In this document: in pieces, positions 44,692-54,332 of the stretch
Position numbering within the stretch: position 1 is the stretch's first letter
How the letters are laid out: the number at the start of each line of letters is the position of its first letter
Assembly: GCA_963758525.1 (NCBI GenBank)
Contig: CAVWVQ010000003.1
Span: 1,568,001-1,632,000 of the forward strand
DNA: 64,000 nt
Reading direction: 5' to 3'
Source: an uncultured Phycisphaerales bacterium
Lineage (GTDB): Bacteria; Planctomycetota; Phycisphaerae; Tepidisphaerales; Tepidisphaeraceae
Notes under the pieces: model-generated
Told to the model about the DNA's origin: nothing
The model's database searches: none
The model's input: the letters and a program-made list of their open reading frames with translations, nothing else
Made by a program: the position numbers and the translations under genes

Positions 44692-45240
44692 ATGCACGCT
44701 TTTATTCGCGGGTCTTTGTTCATCATCGTCACAGGCATGATCAGCGGGTGTGGTTCGGTCATGGGGCCAAAATCCGACGCGCCGACGTCAACGCCCGCGG
44801 ATAAAGTTGCAGACGCCAATACCTGCGTGATGCAATCCGCCGGCGTCAACGTGCTGCGGCTGACAATGTCGCCCGACACGAAATGCGCAGCTCAGGACGG
44901 CCTGCTCAAGTTCAAATCCCCGCAATTTGAAATCGAAGTGTGGCTGGTGCCCGCAGCGCAGACTGTGGACGAGGCGATCGGCCGCCTCGACACACAGATC
45001 GCAAGCGAGTTCAAGGATTTCAAGGCTGACAGCACGACCGACTTGAGCGTTGCCGGCGCTCCCGCAAAGCGATTGGTCGGCAAGGGCCATGAAGCCGACG
45101 ATGGTGACAACGGCGACGCCGACATCATTGTGTTCAAAGTCGGCGGCCACGTATTCGTCGCCTGCACCCACGATGAGCGTCTGAACCCCCCTGCCCGTCA
45201 AGGGTTGCTAACGCTGGTGCAAACCGCCGAAGCGCCGTAG
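44692..45240 (+). CDS. Hypothetical lipoprotein
   Basis: Lipobox ISGC after a hydrophobic stretch. Confidence 0.65.
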   Translation: MHAFIRGSLFIIVTGMISGCGSVMGPKSDAPTSTPADKVADANTCVMQSAGVNVLRLTMSPDTKCAAQDGLLKFKSPQFEIEVWLVPAAQTVDEAIGRLDTQIASEFKDFKADSTTDLSVAGAPAKRLVGKGHEADDGDNGDADIIVFKVGGHVFVACTHDERLNPPARQGLLTLVQTAEAP

Positions 45241-45259
45241 AAAGCGGTTGGGTTGATGA

Positions 45260-46330
45260 TCAGGCCGCGGCGCTGACGACGCCCATCTGCGAAGCGAAGA
45301 GCTGGGCGGCGGTGACGGTCACAATCCCATCGCTGGGGTTGGAGTTGTTGGTCACCCCGTCCACGCCCCAGGGGTTGCGGAGGACCACGTCGGTTCCGGT
45401 TCCACTCGGATCGGCCACGGTGGCGACCACTTCGTAGGCATGACTGCCGATCAGGGGAGCGCCCTGGGCGGGGGTATTGATGCCGATCGTCACGGCGTCG
45501 TTGGCGTTCAACTGGTTCTGAATCGTGTTGACCAGGGCAGTGGCGTCGCTGCTGCTGTAGAACCCGGTGCTGGCCACGTTGAAGGTGCTGAAGGCTTCGG
45601 TCATCCAGCCGCTGTTCAGCGAGGCATAGCTGTTGGCGCCGGTGCGAACTTCGGCAAAAGCCTTCTCCATGATCGCAACCCAGGTCGAACCCTGCTGCCC
45701 CAGGCCGGCATAGGCCAGGGCGCCGTTGCTCAGGGTCGGAAGGTTGCCATCGACGTGAACATATTCGGGGGTCGAACCTTTGAAGATCTGAACCACATAC
45801 GTCCCGTCGCTCTCCGCGACGATGCTCTTCTCGATCCGGGCCGGGTCAACCTTGGCGATCGCCGCCAGGGTCGAGAGGTAGTAGCAGTCGCCCAGTTCGC
45901 CCTGGTGGATGTCATCCTGCGTCGGGCCGTTGGAGGCAAACAGCGGACGGCTCGAGAAGTTCGTCTCGGTCGTCCCGCTGACCGAAACGGCGGGCTCGGC
46001 AGCAACCGGAGCCGCAGCGGCGATCGTCCAGCCGGTCGTCACGACGGTGGTCGTGGTGGTCGTCGTGGTGGTGGTCGTCGCAATCGTCTTGGACAGTTTC
46101 GCGGTCTTGCTGGGCTTGGCCGGCTTGGCGGGTTTCGCCGGTTTCACGGGCTTGGCCGGCGTCTTGTGCGCGGGAGTCACTTTCTTGGAGACATGCGCGC
46201 TGCCGACATTCAGGGTAATCTCGTGCAGGCCGGCTCCGATCGGCTGGCCGACAGTCAGGAGGCTTCCCGAGAGCAGTTCCCGGGTCTCGAGGGCTTCAAT
46301 CACCGCGGTGCTGATCGTGTTGTTTCGCAT
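45260..46330 (-). CDS. Secreted LETRELL-motif calpain-like (C2) cysteine protease
   Basis: DIHQGELGDCYYLSTLAA, WVAIMEKAFA, SHAY, LRNPWG catalytic triad motifs. Confidence 0.9.
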   Translation of the reverse strand: MRNNTISTAVIEALETRELLSGSLLTVGQPIGAGLHEITLNVGSAHVSKKVTPAHKTPAKPVKPAKPAKPAKPSKTAKLSKTIATTTTTTTTTTTVVTTGWTIAAAAPVAAEPAVSVSGTTETNFSSRPLFASNGPTQDDIHQGELGDCYYLSTLAAIAKVDPARIEKSIVAESDGTYVVQIFKGSTPEYVHVDGNLPTLSNGALAYAGLGQQGSTWVAIMEKAFAEVRTGANSYASLNSGWMTEAFSTFNVASTGFYSSSDATALVNTIQNQLNANDAVTIGINTPAQGAPLIGSHAYEVVATVADPSGTGTDVVLRNPWGVDGVTNNSNPSDGIVTVTAAQLFASQMGVVSAAA

Positions 46331-46542
46331 GGCTCTTCCCTTCCGATTTCCTGCCGCACGACTGGCAACGTCAGCGGCGAAAATGAAATCCAATACATTG
46401 GGAAGAGAGGCAAATCGGATTCTTTGGGTTCCTCGGGCCCGATAAAAACGTGGATCAAAAAGCGCGGAAGCGGTGCCCCGGTTCGATGATGCGTTTGGAA
46501 AGATGATCGAGGGCCCGGTGGGTCGGAACACCGGCTGCCAGC

Positions 46543-46567
46543 AAAGCCACGGATGGCCATCCGTGGG
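46543..46567. repeat. REP-like palindrome (same family as 5965-6200)
   Basis: AAAGCCACGGATGGCCATCCGTGGG. Confidence 0.7.
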
Positions 46568-46806
46568 TCTTCTTCACGAACGATGTTCACGAGGTAGACC
46601 GACGCGGCCGCTCCATCATTCGATATCAGAATGGGTCTTCCGCTGGCGAAGATCCATCGGAGAATGAACTTTCACCTGAAGCAGATGAAATCGGACGGGG
46701 GAAGGAGGGTACCGTCTGAAAGGGGCGGACGGGCGGTCCTTCATACGCTCCATCGCGGAGGCGACGCTTGCGATCCGATAGGCACTAAAGCGGGGCGTTG
46801 GTTCAT

Positions 46807-47217
46807 TTACTGCCGGATCGGGTCGCGCGGAAACACGCCGGCTCGGATCCAAGCTGTGCGCAATTCGACACGGTGAGTTGGCGGCTATGACGTACTCTGT
46901 TGTTCGGCCGATCGCGGTTCGCCCGACAAGGAGCGCGCCGTTCCAACGGAAGCGTTGGTTCCATACATTCACGCGCGGATGGAAGAGGCGGGTAAGCGCC
47001 TTTGTTTTTGGGTCGATTCCGGTGATGTTCGGGCCTTGTGCAAACTGCACTCGGGGCACGCGAGAGCCAGGTTGTCCTCCGTGGTTTGGCCACCGTGCTG
47101 GCGGGCGATGATGTGGTCAAGCGGGAATGGGAGATGGGAGAGGGACTCAGGTGATCGGCAATACTCGCAGAAACCGCCCGCGCGCCGGCGTACAGTGGAT
47201 TCGGCTTTACGGTTCAT
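46807..47217 (-). pseudogene. HNH endonuclease with two frameshifts
   Basis: VRRRAGGFCEYC, DHIIARQHGG...NLALACPEC, then RLFHPR...W..F...GRTT in the next frame. Confidence 0.8.
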
Positions 47218-47223
47218 CAGCGT

Positions 47224-47496
47224 TTAAGCCGTCTTTCGGGGAGACTGGAGCGACAGCCGCGCTTTGGCCTGCAGCAACATCAGCGCCGTGTTCGCCTGCA
47301 CGAGGCTTTCAAGTTCCTCGCGCTCGCTGATTTCCAGGTCAGACTGATCTTTGGAAGCCAGCCGCTTGTAGCGTTGGAGGTCTGAGGGGGCAAAACCAAG
47401 TGACAAAATGAAACGCGCTGCCTCGGGCGGCATGTCCGCGATGCCTGGCGCGACAATCCGGTTCCAAATCGACTGCGATTGAGCGGCGACAGACAT
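47224..47496 (-). CDS. Small helical protein directly upstream of HNH (putative antitoxin/partner)
   Basis: MPPEAARFILSLGF...RYKRLASK...EREELE...LQAKARLSL; 6 nt gap to HNH. Confidence 0.65.
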   Translation of the reverse strand: MSVAAQSQSIWNRIVAPGIADMPPEAARFILSLGFAPSDLQRYKRLASKDQSDLEISEREELESLVQANTALMLLQAKARLSLQSPRKTA

Positions 47497-47711
47497 GCTG
47501 CAGTCATTCCTTCCTTGTGCTTCTGCTATAGCCGACACCGAATTGTAGCAGCCCCCCCGGGAAATCGCTCAGCTTCTTGCCGGTTGGGGGGCCGGACATG
47601 TACCACCTCGACTGAATGGTCGTTAAAGAACCGCATTGATAATTAGATCATGGGCCTTGATGCGACGATGTTTTCGCTGTTTTTCTGACAGCCCATCGCT
47701 ACACTGATTTC

Positions 47712-48437
47712 ATGCCCGTACACGACTGGAGCCGGGTCGACGCCGCAACGTTTCATGCTTTTCACACGGCTTGGATAACTCATCTCAGCGAAACGCTGAA
47801 TGGGGGGATTCTGCCCGACGGATACTATGCGATGCCCGAGCAGCACGCTGGCCGGTGGATCGCCGACGTACTTACCCTACAGACTCAAGTGGCGCGACCA
47901 CAGTCCCGCGCCGATGACGTGGGAGTTGCGGTTGCTGACGCTCCTCCTCAGGTCCGCCAGAGACTGGTTTCACCTCCTTCGGCTCGCGCGGTGCGCCGCA
48001 CTTTGGCGATACGACACGTCAGCGGACATCAGATCGTCGCCCTGATCGAAGTGATTTCGCCTGCCAACAAAGACCGAGCCACGCACGTCCGCGACTTCAT
48101 CGACAAGGCCGAGAGCGCGCTGGCGCTCGGGATCCATGTGCTGATGGTCGATCTGTTTGCCCCCGGCCCGTTTGATCCCATGGGCATGCACTGGGCGCTC
48201 TGGGAGCGTTTGGTGGACGAACTGTCGCCGCATTTGGAGCGTGAACCCCTCACGCTCGCATCATACCTGGCAGGGCCGCAACCGGAGGCGTATCTCGAAT
48301 ACCTGTCCGTGGGCCTGCCGCTTGCGCCAATGCCGCTGTTTCTGAATCCCGACCGCTATGTCAGCGTGCCGCTGGAATCGACCTATTCCCTCGCGTTTCG
48401 CGGCCTGCCGGCTGTCTGGCGCCAGGTGCTGGAGTAG
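47712..48437 (+). CDS. DUF4058 family (PD-(D/E)XK-like) protein
   Basis: MPVHDWSRV..FHAFH..WI, IEVISPANK, MPLFL...YV.VPLESTY. Confidence 0.85.
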   Translation: MPVHDWSRVDAATFHAFHTAWITHLSETLNGGILPDGYYAMPEQHAGRWIADVLTLQTQVARPQSRADDVGVAVADAPPQVRQRLVSPPSARAVRRTLAIRHVSGHQIVALIEVISPANKDRATHVRDFIDKAESALALGIHVLMVDLFAPGPFDPMGMHWALWERLVDELSPHLEREPLTLASYLAGPQPEAYLEYLSVGLPLAPMPLFLNPDRYVSVPLESTYSLAFRGLPAVWRQVLE

Positions 48438-49036
48438 GTATGGTCGTATCGCTCGGGGCAAGCGTGCCCGGTTCCCATTGAACACGCATTTCGCAGTTCC
48501 GCGAAGAGCTTTGCCAGGGAGACTGGCGTCTGATGGGCATTGAGCCCGCTGGGATTGGGCAGCACCCAGATGCGTGTTTGCCCGATGGCTTCCGCCTGCA
48601 ATCCCAGCGCGGCTTTTTTTCGACCAAAGCCCGTGCGATAGGCGCCGATGCCAAGGATCGCCAGCATCGCCGGCTGGTACTTCCGCACAGTTTTCTGCAA
48701 ACGCAACGCTCCTGCGATCAATTCCGCGTCGGACAATTCCGCGGCCGTCGCGGTGGTGCGGTTCACGAAGTTAGTGATGCCGTAGCCATAGGAGAGCAGT
48801 TCCGCCTCCTCGAAGGGCTTCAACAACCGTGGCGTGAATCCGCCCGCATGCAACGCCGGCCAAAACCGGTTTCCCGGCCGCGCGAAATGGTGCCCGGTCG
48901 CCCCCGACCAGAGCCCGGGATTGATTCCGCAAAACAGAACCTGCAAATCCGTTGCGATTAAGTCGGGAATCGACTTGTCCTTCGCAGCCAGCAATTCAGA
49001 GGGGGTCGGCTTGGGGGTTGGTACCGATGTTTTCAT
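48383..49036 (-). CDS. mug: G/U mismatch-specific DNA glycosylase
   Basis: FCGINPG, HHFARPGNRFW, GITNFV, LPNPSGLN. Confidence 0.92.
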   Translation of the reverse strand: MKTSVPTPKPTPSELLAAKDKSIPDLIATDLQVLFCGINPGLWSGATGHHFARPGNRFWPALHAGGFTPRLLKPFEEAELLSYGYGITNFVNRTTATAAELSDAELIAGALRLQKTVRKYQPAMLAILGIGAYRTGFGRKKAALGLQAEAIGQTRIWVLPNPSGLNAHQTPVSLAKLFAELRNACSMGTGHACPERYDHTYSSTWRQTAGRPRNARE

Positions 49037-49505
49037 GGTCGAATCGTAGGCCACGCATGAAGTCCTCCGCCCTCAGCACACTCAGTCTTGGAAGTCTTCG
49101 CCTGAGGCGCTTGGCAGCCTCGTCATGCCCGGTGGTCAGGGCAAGCAGATCGTTGTCCGCCGTGATCAAGTGAGTGGCATCGCCCGCGATCGCCAGCTCC
49201 AGAAACGACTCGTCTCGCGGGTCGCGCGGAAGACGGAATCGGTTTGTGATTCGGCGGTAAAAGTCGCTCACGTATCGCAGCCGCTCCGGTGACGCGGCAA
49301 TCTCAGGCCGGTCAAGCTCCGGTACCGCTCGACCAGCTCCGGGCGGGCCAGGACCGCTCGATACTCATCAAGAGTGGGTGAGCTTAATAAGGGAACGCCG
49401 GGTCTGACAGGCCGTGACAATCCGACCAGACGCCGAGTTGACGTTGATGAAAGCACGGACGATCGTGCTGGTATCGAGGACTAGACGATGAGTGCTCCCG
49501 GGCAC
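48996..49505 (-). pseudogene. PIN-family toxin, multiply frameshifted
   Basis: GTG start VPGSTHRLVLDTS; SPTLDEY; RDPRDESFLELAIAGDATHLITADNDLL. Confidence 0.75.
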
Positions 49506-49510
49506 GCGGG

Positions 49511-49754
49511 TCAACCTCGTCGCCGTTTCTCGTCATGGTAAGCGGTTCTGGCCTTATCGACCAAGACGTCGATCTCGCTCTCGTCCGTCTCCCGCCCCGG
49601 TCCGAGAAGCTCCTCGAACGAGGTATTCTTGGCGCGCTCTGAAGTGGCGAGGTCTTCCTCCACGAGGTGTCGTAAATACTGCTGCGGTGTGTCGCGTAAG
49701 TTCCGCGATCCATTCCACGGACAGATTCATGTCAACGATGATCTGCACGCTCAA
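49511..49754 (-). pseudogene. Chimeric remnant: DUF5615 (PIN-like) N-terminus joined to the C-terminus of an antitoxin-like gene
   Basis: QIIVDMNLSVEW stops after about 20 codons; another frame from about 49690 reads TPQQYLRHLVEEDLA...RRRG* just upstream of the PIN gene. Confidence 0.6.
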
Positions 49755-49978
49755 GTGATGACCAGCGGTTCTTCCCGCTCTTCCATCCGCCAGGCCGCGT
49801 ACGCCAAAACCGCGTCAATGTCTGCGGCCTCGAGGTAAGGATACGCATGCAGAATTCGCTCGCGGGAATGGCCGGCTGCCAGCAAACCCAGGATGGTGCC
49901 GACGGTTACTCGAAGACCGCGGATACAGGGCTTGCCACCCATGACGGCCGGATCGTGGGTGATGCGAGAAATCTGCAT
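49751..49978 (-). CDS. DUF433 antitoxin
   Basis: RITHDPAVMGGKPCIRGLRVTV..IL...YPYLEAADIDAVLAYAA. Confidence 0.92.
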   Translation of the reverse strand: MQISRITHDPAVMGGKPCIRGLRVTVGTILGLLAAGHSRERILHAYPYLEAADIDAVLAYAAWRMEEREEPLVIT

Positions 49979-50193
49979 GACCTACATTTTATCACGCTCG
50001 TCGCCAGATGCGACAGCGACGGCTGGAATGCACGTCATCAATCTTCAGGATTTCCAGCCGGGGATCACTTGCGGCAGTCGCCGGGACTCTGAGATTATGC
50101 ACTGGGGGATGCTGAAGCTGACAGGCGTCGTGATTCGTCACCCGGATTGGCAGCGCAAAGCACCCGCGGCTCCGATGGCTGCGAAAAACCCGG

Positions 50194-51711
50194 CTACTCC
50201 ACGGCCGTGCCGGCCAGCATGCTATGCTTTCTACCGTAGAAAAAATAGACGGCCAATCCGATCCCCAGCCAGATGATCAGCCGCCACCAGTTTTCCACCG
50301 GCAGAGAAAACATCAGCAACGCGCAGGACATAAACCCGAGAATCGGGAACAGCGGCCCCAGGGGAACTCGGAAGGGACGTTTGGCGTGCGGCTGTGTCCT
50401 GCGCATGATCGGCACGGCCGTGCAGACGATCAGGAACGCAAAGAGGGTGCCGATGTTGGTCATCTCCGCGAGCAAACTTAATGGCAGGAGCCCGGCCATT
50501 GTGGCGACGAATAGGCCGGTCAGGATGGTCGAGATCCACGGCGTGCGAAATGTCGGGTGGATCGCGCCGAAGAAGCGTTTGGGAACCAGCCCGTCGCGGG
50601 CGAGCGCCAGCATCACGCGCGGCTGACTGAGCATCAGCACCAGCAGCACCGAGGTGATGCCGGTCATCGCGGCCCCGGCAACCAGATATTGCATCCACGT
50701 CAAACCGGCTCGGCGAAAGGCGTCGACCACTGCCGCGTCGCGGTCGATCTGGGTGCTGGGAACCATCCCCGTCAGCACGATAGCAACGCCGATGTAGAGG
50801 ACCGTGCAGATGATCAGCGAGGCGATGATGCCGATGGGCACATCGCGCGAGGGGTTCCGCGCCTCTTCCGAATGAACGGAGACCGAGTCGAAACCGATAT
50901 AGGAAAAGAAGATGATTCCGGCTCCAGCGAGCATCCCCAGCGGCTGGCCATTGGGCGCGGCATGTCCAGCCAGCGTGTGGCCGAAAAAAGCGATGCCGGT
51001 GTATCCGAAGGGGGCGAACGGATGGTAGTTGGACGACTTGATGTAAAACGCGCCGATCCCGATCACCATCAGCACGACGAGCAATTTCACCACCACCATG
51101 ATGGCATTGAACGTCGCGCTTTCCCTGATCCCTTTGACCAGCACTACGGTCAGAGCAAACGTGATCAGCACCGCAGGCAGATCGATGATGGCGCCCGTCG
51201 CGACAAACCCCGCGCGGGCATGGCCGCCGCCGGGTTGCAGCAGATAATCGAACGGCGCTCGAGCCAGCGCCGCGGGAAGATATTTCCCCAGTCCAAACAG
51301 CGGCGCGAACTGCTGAAAATGCGCCGACCACCCGTGCGCCACGGTCGCCGCCCCCACCGCATATTCCAGCACCAGATCCCACCCGATGATCCACGCCAGC
51401 AGTTCCCCGAGGGTGGCATACGCGTACGTGTACGCCGATCCCGCCACCGGCACCATCGACGCCATCTCCGCATAACACAATGCCGCGAACACGCACGCGA
51501 TCCCCGCCACGGCAAACGAAACAATGACCGCCGGCCCCGTGCGATCGTGCGCCGCCTCGCCGATGAGAATGAAAATCCCCGTGCCGATGATCGCCCCCAC
51601 GCCCAGCGCCGAGAGCTGCACCGGCCCGAGGATGCGATGCAGCGTGTGCTCCGATTCTCTTTCGTCCCGTAATTGGTCGAACGGTTTGGTCCTGAAAAGC
51701 TGGCGGATCAT
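50194..51711 (-). CDS. APC family amino acid permease
   Basis: GVGAIIGTGIF, CYAEMASMVPVAGSAYTY, YIGFD.VS..EE, many TM helices. Confidence 0.93.
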   Translation of the reverse strand: MIRQLFRTKPFDQLRDERESEHTLHRILGPVQLSALGVGAIIGTGIFILIGEAAHDRTGPAVIVSFAVAGIACVFAALCYAEMASMVPVAGSAYTYAYATLGELLAWIIGWDLVLEYAVGAATVAHGWSAHFQQFAPLFGLGKYLPAALARAPFDYLLQPGGGHARAGFVATGAIIDLPAVLITFALTVVLVKGIRESATFNAIMVVVKLLVVLMVIGIGAFYIKSSNYHPFAPFGYTGIAFFGHTLAGHAAPNGQPLGMLAGAGIIFFSYIGFDSVSVHSEEARNPSRDVPIGIIASLIICTVLYIGVAIVLTGMVPSTQIDRDAAVVDAFRRAGLTWMQYLVAGAAMTGITSVLLVLMLSQPRVMLALARDGLVPKRFFGAIHPTFRTPWISTILTGLFVATMAGLLPLSLLAEMTNIGTLFAFLIVCTAVPIMRRTQPHAKRPFRVPLGPLFPILGFMSCALLMFSLPVENWWRLIIWLGIGLAVYFFYGRKHSMLAGTAVE

Positions 51712-51782
51712 GTTCCGCGCAGTGTAAATGACCTTACCCAGCCGGCATAATCCAAGCGATACATTCACAGGGAAGACCATTT

Positions 51783-52031
51783 ATGCCAGCCACCACCATT
51801 CGCATTCGTTCGGCATCGCATCAGGCGCTCAAGGAGTTGGCGGCGATGAGCGGGCGCTCCCTTCAGGACGAACTCGACCGGGCTGTCGAACAGCGGCGGC
51901 GAGCTGTTTATCTTGAGGGGCTCAAGGCGGACTATGCAGCGCTGCAGCAGGATCCGAAGGCCAGCGCCGACTTTCAGAAGGAGGTTGCGCTGTGGGATGC
52001 TGCAAGCGGTGACGGCTTGGAGAAGTTGTGA
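51783..52031 (+). CDS. Ribbon-helix-helix-type antitoxin
   Basis: TTIRIRSASHQALKELA...W-D...DGL C-terminus typical of MazF-associated antitoxins. Confidence 0.7.
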   Translation: MPATTIRIRSASHQALKELAAMSGRSLQDELDRAVEQRRRAVYLEGLKADYAALQQDPKASADFQKEVALWDAASGDGLEKL

Positions 52032-52126
52032 CGGCAGCTCCGTTGCGCGGGGAAATCGGAGTAGTCTCAGCGGTCGTAGTGGCGGAAGTGGAGCGACGGC
52101 TGAAGTTCCTGTTGGACTTATCTTGA
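52028..52126 (+). pseudogene. MazF/PemK toxin remnant with the core deleted in frame
   Basis: GTGA overlap; 32 aa MTAAPLRGEI-GVVSAVVVAEVERRLKFLLDLS, matching MazF-like N- and C-terminal ends only. Confidence 0.65.
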
Positions 52127-54322
52127 GAGGGAGGGCTGCGTGTCGCTCCGGCACCAGCGGCGCCAGAGATCGCGATAGACCGTCTCAAGTCGGCGGGTGA
52201 AGGCGGCGCCATCGCAAAGAGGAGAATCCTGCACGCGACGGCGCATGCGCATTCGCAACTGGTGCAGTTGCTGCAGGTTGCCTTCCACGCGCACGGCCGC
52301 AGCGACGAACTCGTCGGGCATCGAAGCTACGAATTCGTCCAGTCCGACGCAACGCATTACGCTGGCGGCCATTCGTCCGGCGTGGCGATCGCCGCGGAGC
52401 GTCAGCATCGGCACGCCCATCCACAGCGATTCGCACGCGGTCGTGTGTCCGCTCCAGGGCAACGTATCCAGTGACAGGTCCACGGCGCGGTAGACACCCA
52501 GGTAGCCATCCGAATCTGCCGGCGCGTGGCGCAGGTCGAGACGATCGGAGCTGATGCCGCGCTGGTTGAACTGCGCAAGCAGATGCTCCCGAGCCCGGCC
52601 ACGGAGGCTGTGACGAAACACCAGGAGCCGGGCGGTGGGGATGGCTCGGAGCACGTTGCACCACAAATCGAGGACGGGGGCATTGATCTTGGCCAGGTTC
52701 TGCAGCGATCCCAGCGTGAACTGGCCGGTCCCAAACAGCGCCGGCAAGGGCGACACGTCCGGCGCCGCTTTGGGCGGCGCATAGCAGCAAAAGCAGCCGG
52801 GCAGACGGACCAGTTCTTCGGTCGAACATGCCGGGGAAGACGCCGGTGTGTCGTTTGGGTCCACGACATCATCGGTGAGCCAGTAGTCGATGGTTTCAAG
52901 TCCGGTGGTATTGGGATAGCCGAGGTAGGTGATCTGCACCGGCGCCGGCCGATGGGCGAGCGCCCGCAATCGGCTGCCGGCGGTGTGGCCGGCCAGCTCC
53001 ACCAGGATGTCGATCCCGTTAGCGCGAATTTGCCCGGCGAGCTCGGCGTCGTCCAGCCGGGGGGTCCAGCGCCAGTGTTTGGCTTTCGTCTGAAACCAGC
53101 TGGTCATCGTGTCGGGAATCCGCACCTCGGCATAGCAAAAGGTTTCGAACCGAGCCGGATCATGGTGTGCCACCACTGGAGCGAGGAAGTGGCCGACCGG
53201 ATGGCCGCACAAATCCGGCGAAAGGTAGCCGACCCGGAGGCGGCGATCCGGATCACGGTCATGCGCCGCGCGTGGATGGGCTCCGCCGGCTTGCATGCAG
53301 CGCCGGCCCCACTCACGGTGCGCGGCCAGCAGTTCGGCGGCGCTGACACTCGGGTCGTAGCTCAGGCAGGCCAGAAGGTTGCTGTGTGCCTGCGGATCGG
53401 TCGGCTGCCGCTCCATCGCCTGCCGATATGCTTTCTTCGCTTCGTCGAGCAGGCCCTGCTCCTTGAGCGCGTTGCCGAGGTTGTTCCACAAACCGGAACG
53501 GTCCGGCGCGTAGGACAGCGCCTGGCGCAGATAGTCTTCGCCCTCGTCGGCCCGGCCGCGGAGGATCAGCGCCATCGCGAGGTTATCGCAGGCGTCGATG
53601 TAATCCGGCTTCGCCGCAACGGCTCGCAGGTAAGCGTCGATTGCTTCGTCGAGGCGCCCCTGGGCCGCTAGCGCGGCGCCGAGGTTGTTGTTCGCTTCGG
53701 CATTCTGCGGCGAGATCGCGATCACCTGCCGAAACATCGCAATCGCTTCGTCGCACTTTCCCTGTGGAACGAGGATGGTGGCAAGGTCGTTGAGAACATG
53801 CGGCACATCCGGACGCAGGGCCAGCGATTGCCGATAGGCTGACTCCGCTTCTTCGAGCCTGCCCTGCCGCTGCAGGGCCCGGCCCAGGTTGTAATGGAAC
53901 GACGCGTCGGCCGGCTTGAGGCGCACCGCGTTTTTCAAAGCGGTCACTGCCTCATCAAGCTTGCCCAACTCGATGAGAGCGTTGCCGAGATTGTTGTACG
54001 CGTCGGGATAATTTGGATCGGCCTGGAGTACCCGCTGATAACAATCGACCGCATCCTGCAAACGGCCCCGCGTCGATAGCGCGGCCCCGAGGTTGTTGGT
54101 GACTTCGCGATGCTGCGGCCGAACCGCGAGCGCCCGCCGATACAGGGCGATTGCCTCGTCGATGTCGCCCTGCACGTGGCGGACGACGCCGCAAAGATAG
54201 AGCGCATCGACATGCCGGGCGTCCGCTTGCAGGACTTGACGATAGTGCTGCTCCGCCAGTTGCAGGGCACCCGCCTGGTGATGCCGCCAGCCCTGTGCCA
54301 TCAAGTCGCCGAGCTTGGCCAT
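52118..54322 (-). CDS. TPR-containing O-glycosyltransferase (SPINDLY/OGT, GT41 family)
   Basis: Many TPRs; RVGYLSPDL..HPV, ELAGHT, QITYLGYPNTTG, NLAKI, TTACESLWMGVP. Confidence 0.92.
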   Translation of the reverse strand: MAKLGDLMAQGWRHHQAGALQLAEQHYRQVLQADARHVDALYLCGVVRHVQGDIDEAIALYRRALAVRPQHREVTNNLGAALSTRGRLQDAVDCYQRVLQADPNYPDAYNNLGNALIELGKLDEAVTALKNAVRLKPADASFHYNLGRALQRQGRLEEAESAYRQSLALRPDVPHVLNDLATILVPQGKCDEAIAMFRQVIAISPQNAEANNNLGAALAAQGRLDEAIDAYLRAVAAKPDYIDACDNLAMALILRGRADEGEDYLRQALSYAPDRSGLWNNLGNALKEQGLLDEAKKAYRQAMERQPTDPQAHSNLLACLSYDPSVSAAELLAAHREWGRRCMQAGGAHPRAAHDRDPDRRLRVGYLSPDLCGHPVGHFLAPVVAHHDPARFETFCYAEVRIPDTMTSWFQTKAKHWRWTPRLDDAELAGQIRANGIDILVELAGHTAGSRLRALAHRPAPVQITYLGYPNTTGLETIDYWLTDDVVDPNDTPASSPACSTEELVRLPGCFCCYAPPKAAPDVSPLPALFGTGQFTLGSLQNLAKINAPVLDLWCNVLRAIPTARLLVFRHSLRGRAREHLLAQFNQRGISSDRLDLRHAPADSDGYLGVYRAVDLSLDTLPWSGHTTACESLWMGVPMLTLRGDRHAGRMAASVMRCVGLDEFVASMPDEFVAAAVRVEGNLQQLHQLRMRMRRRVQDSPLCDGAAFTRRLETVYRDLWRRWCRSDTQPSLSR

Positions 54323-54332
54323 GTCATGGAGT

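Noticed and set aside
42784..52126. Integron cassette array
   Set aside because: Genes are in mixed orientations with their own promoters; no attC-like repeats or integrase seen
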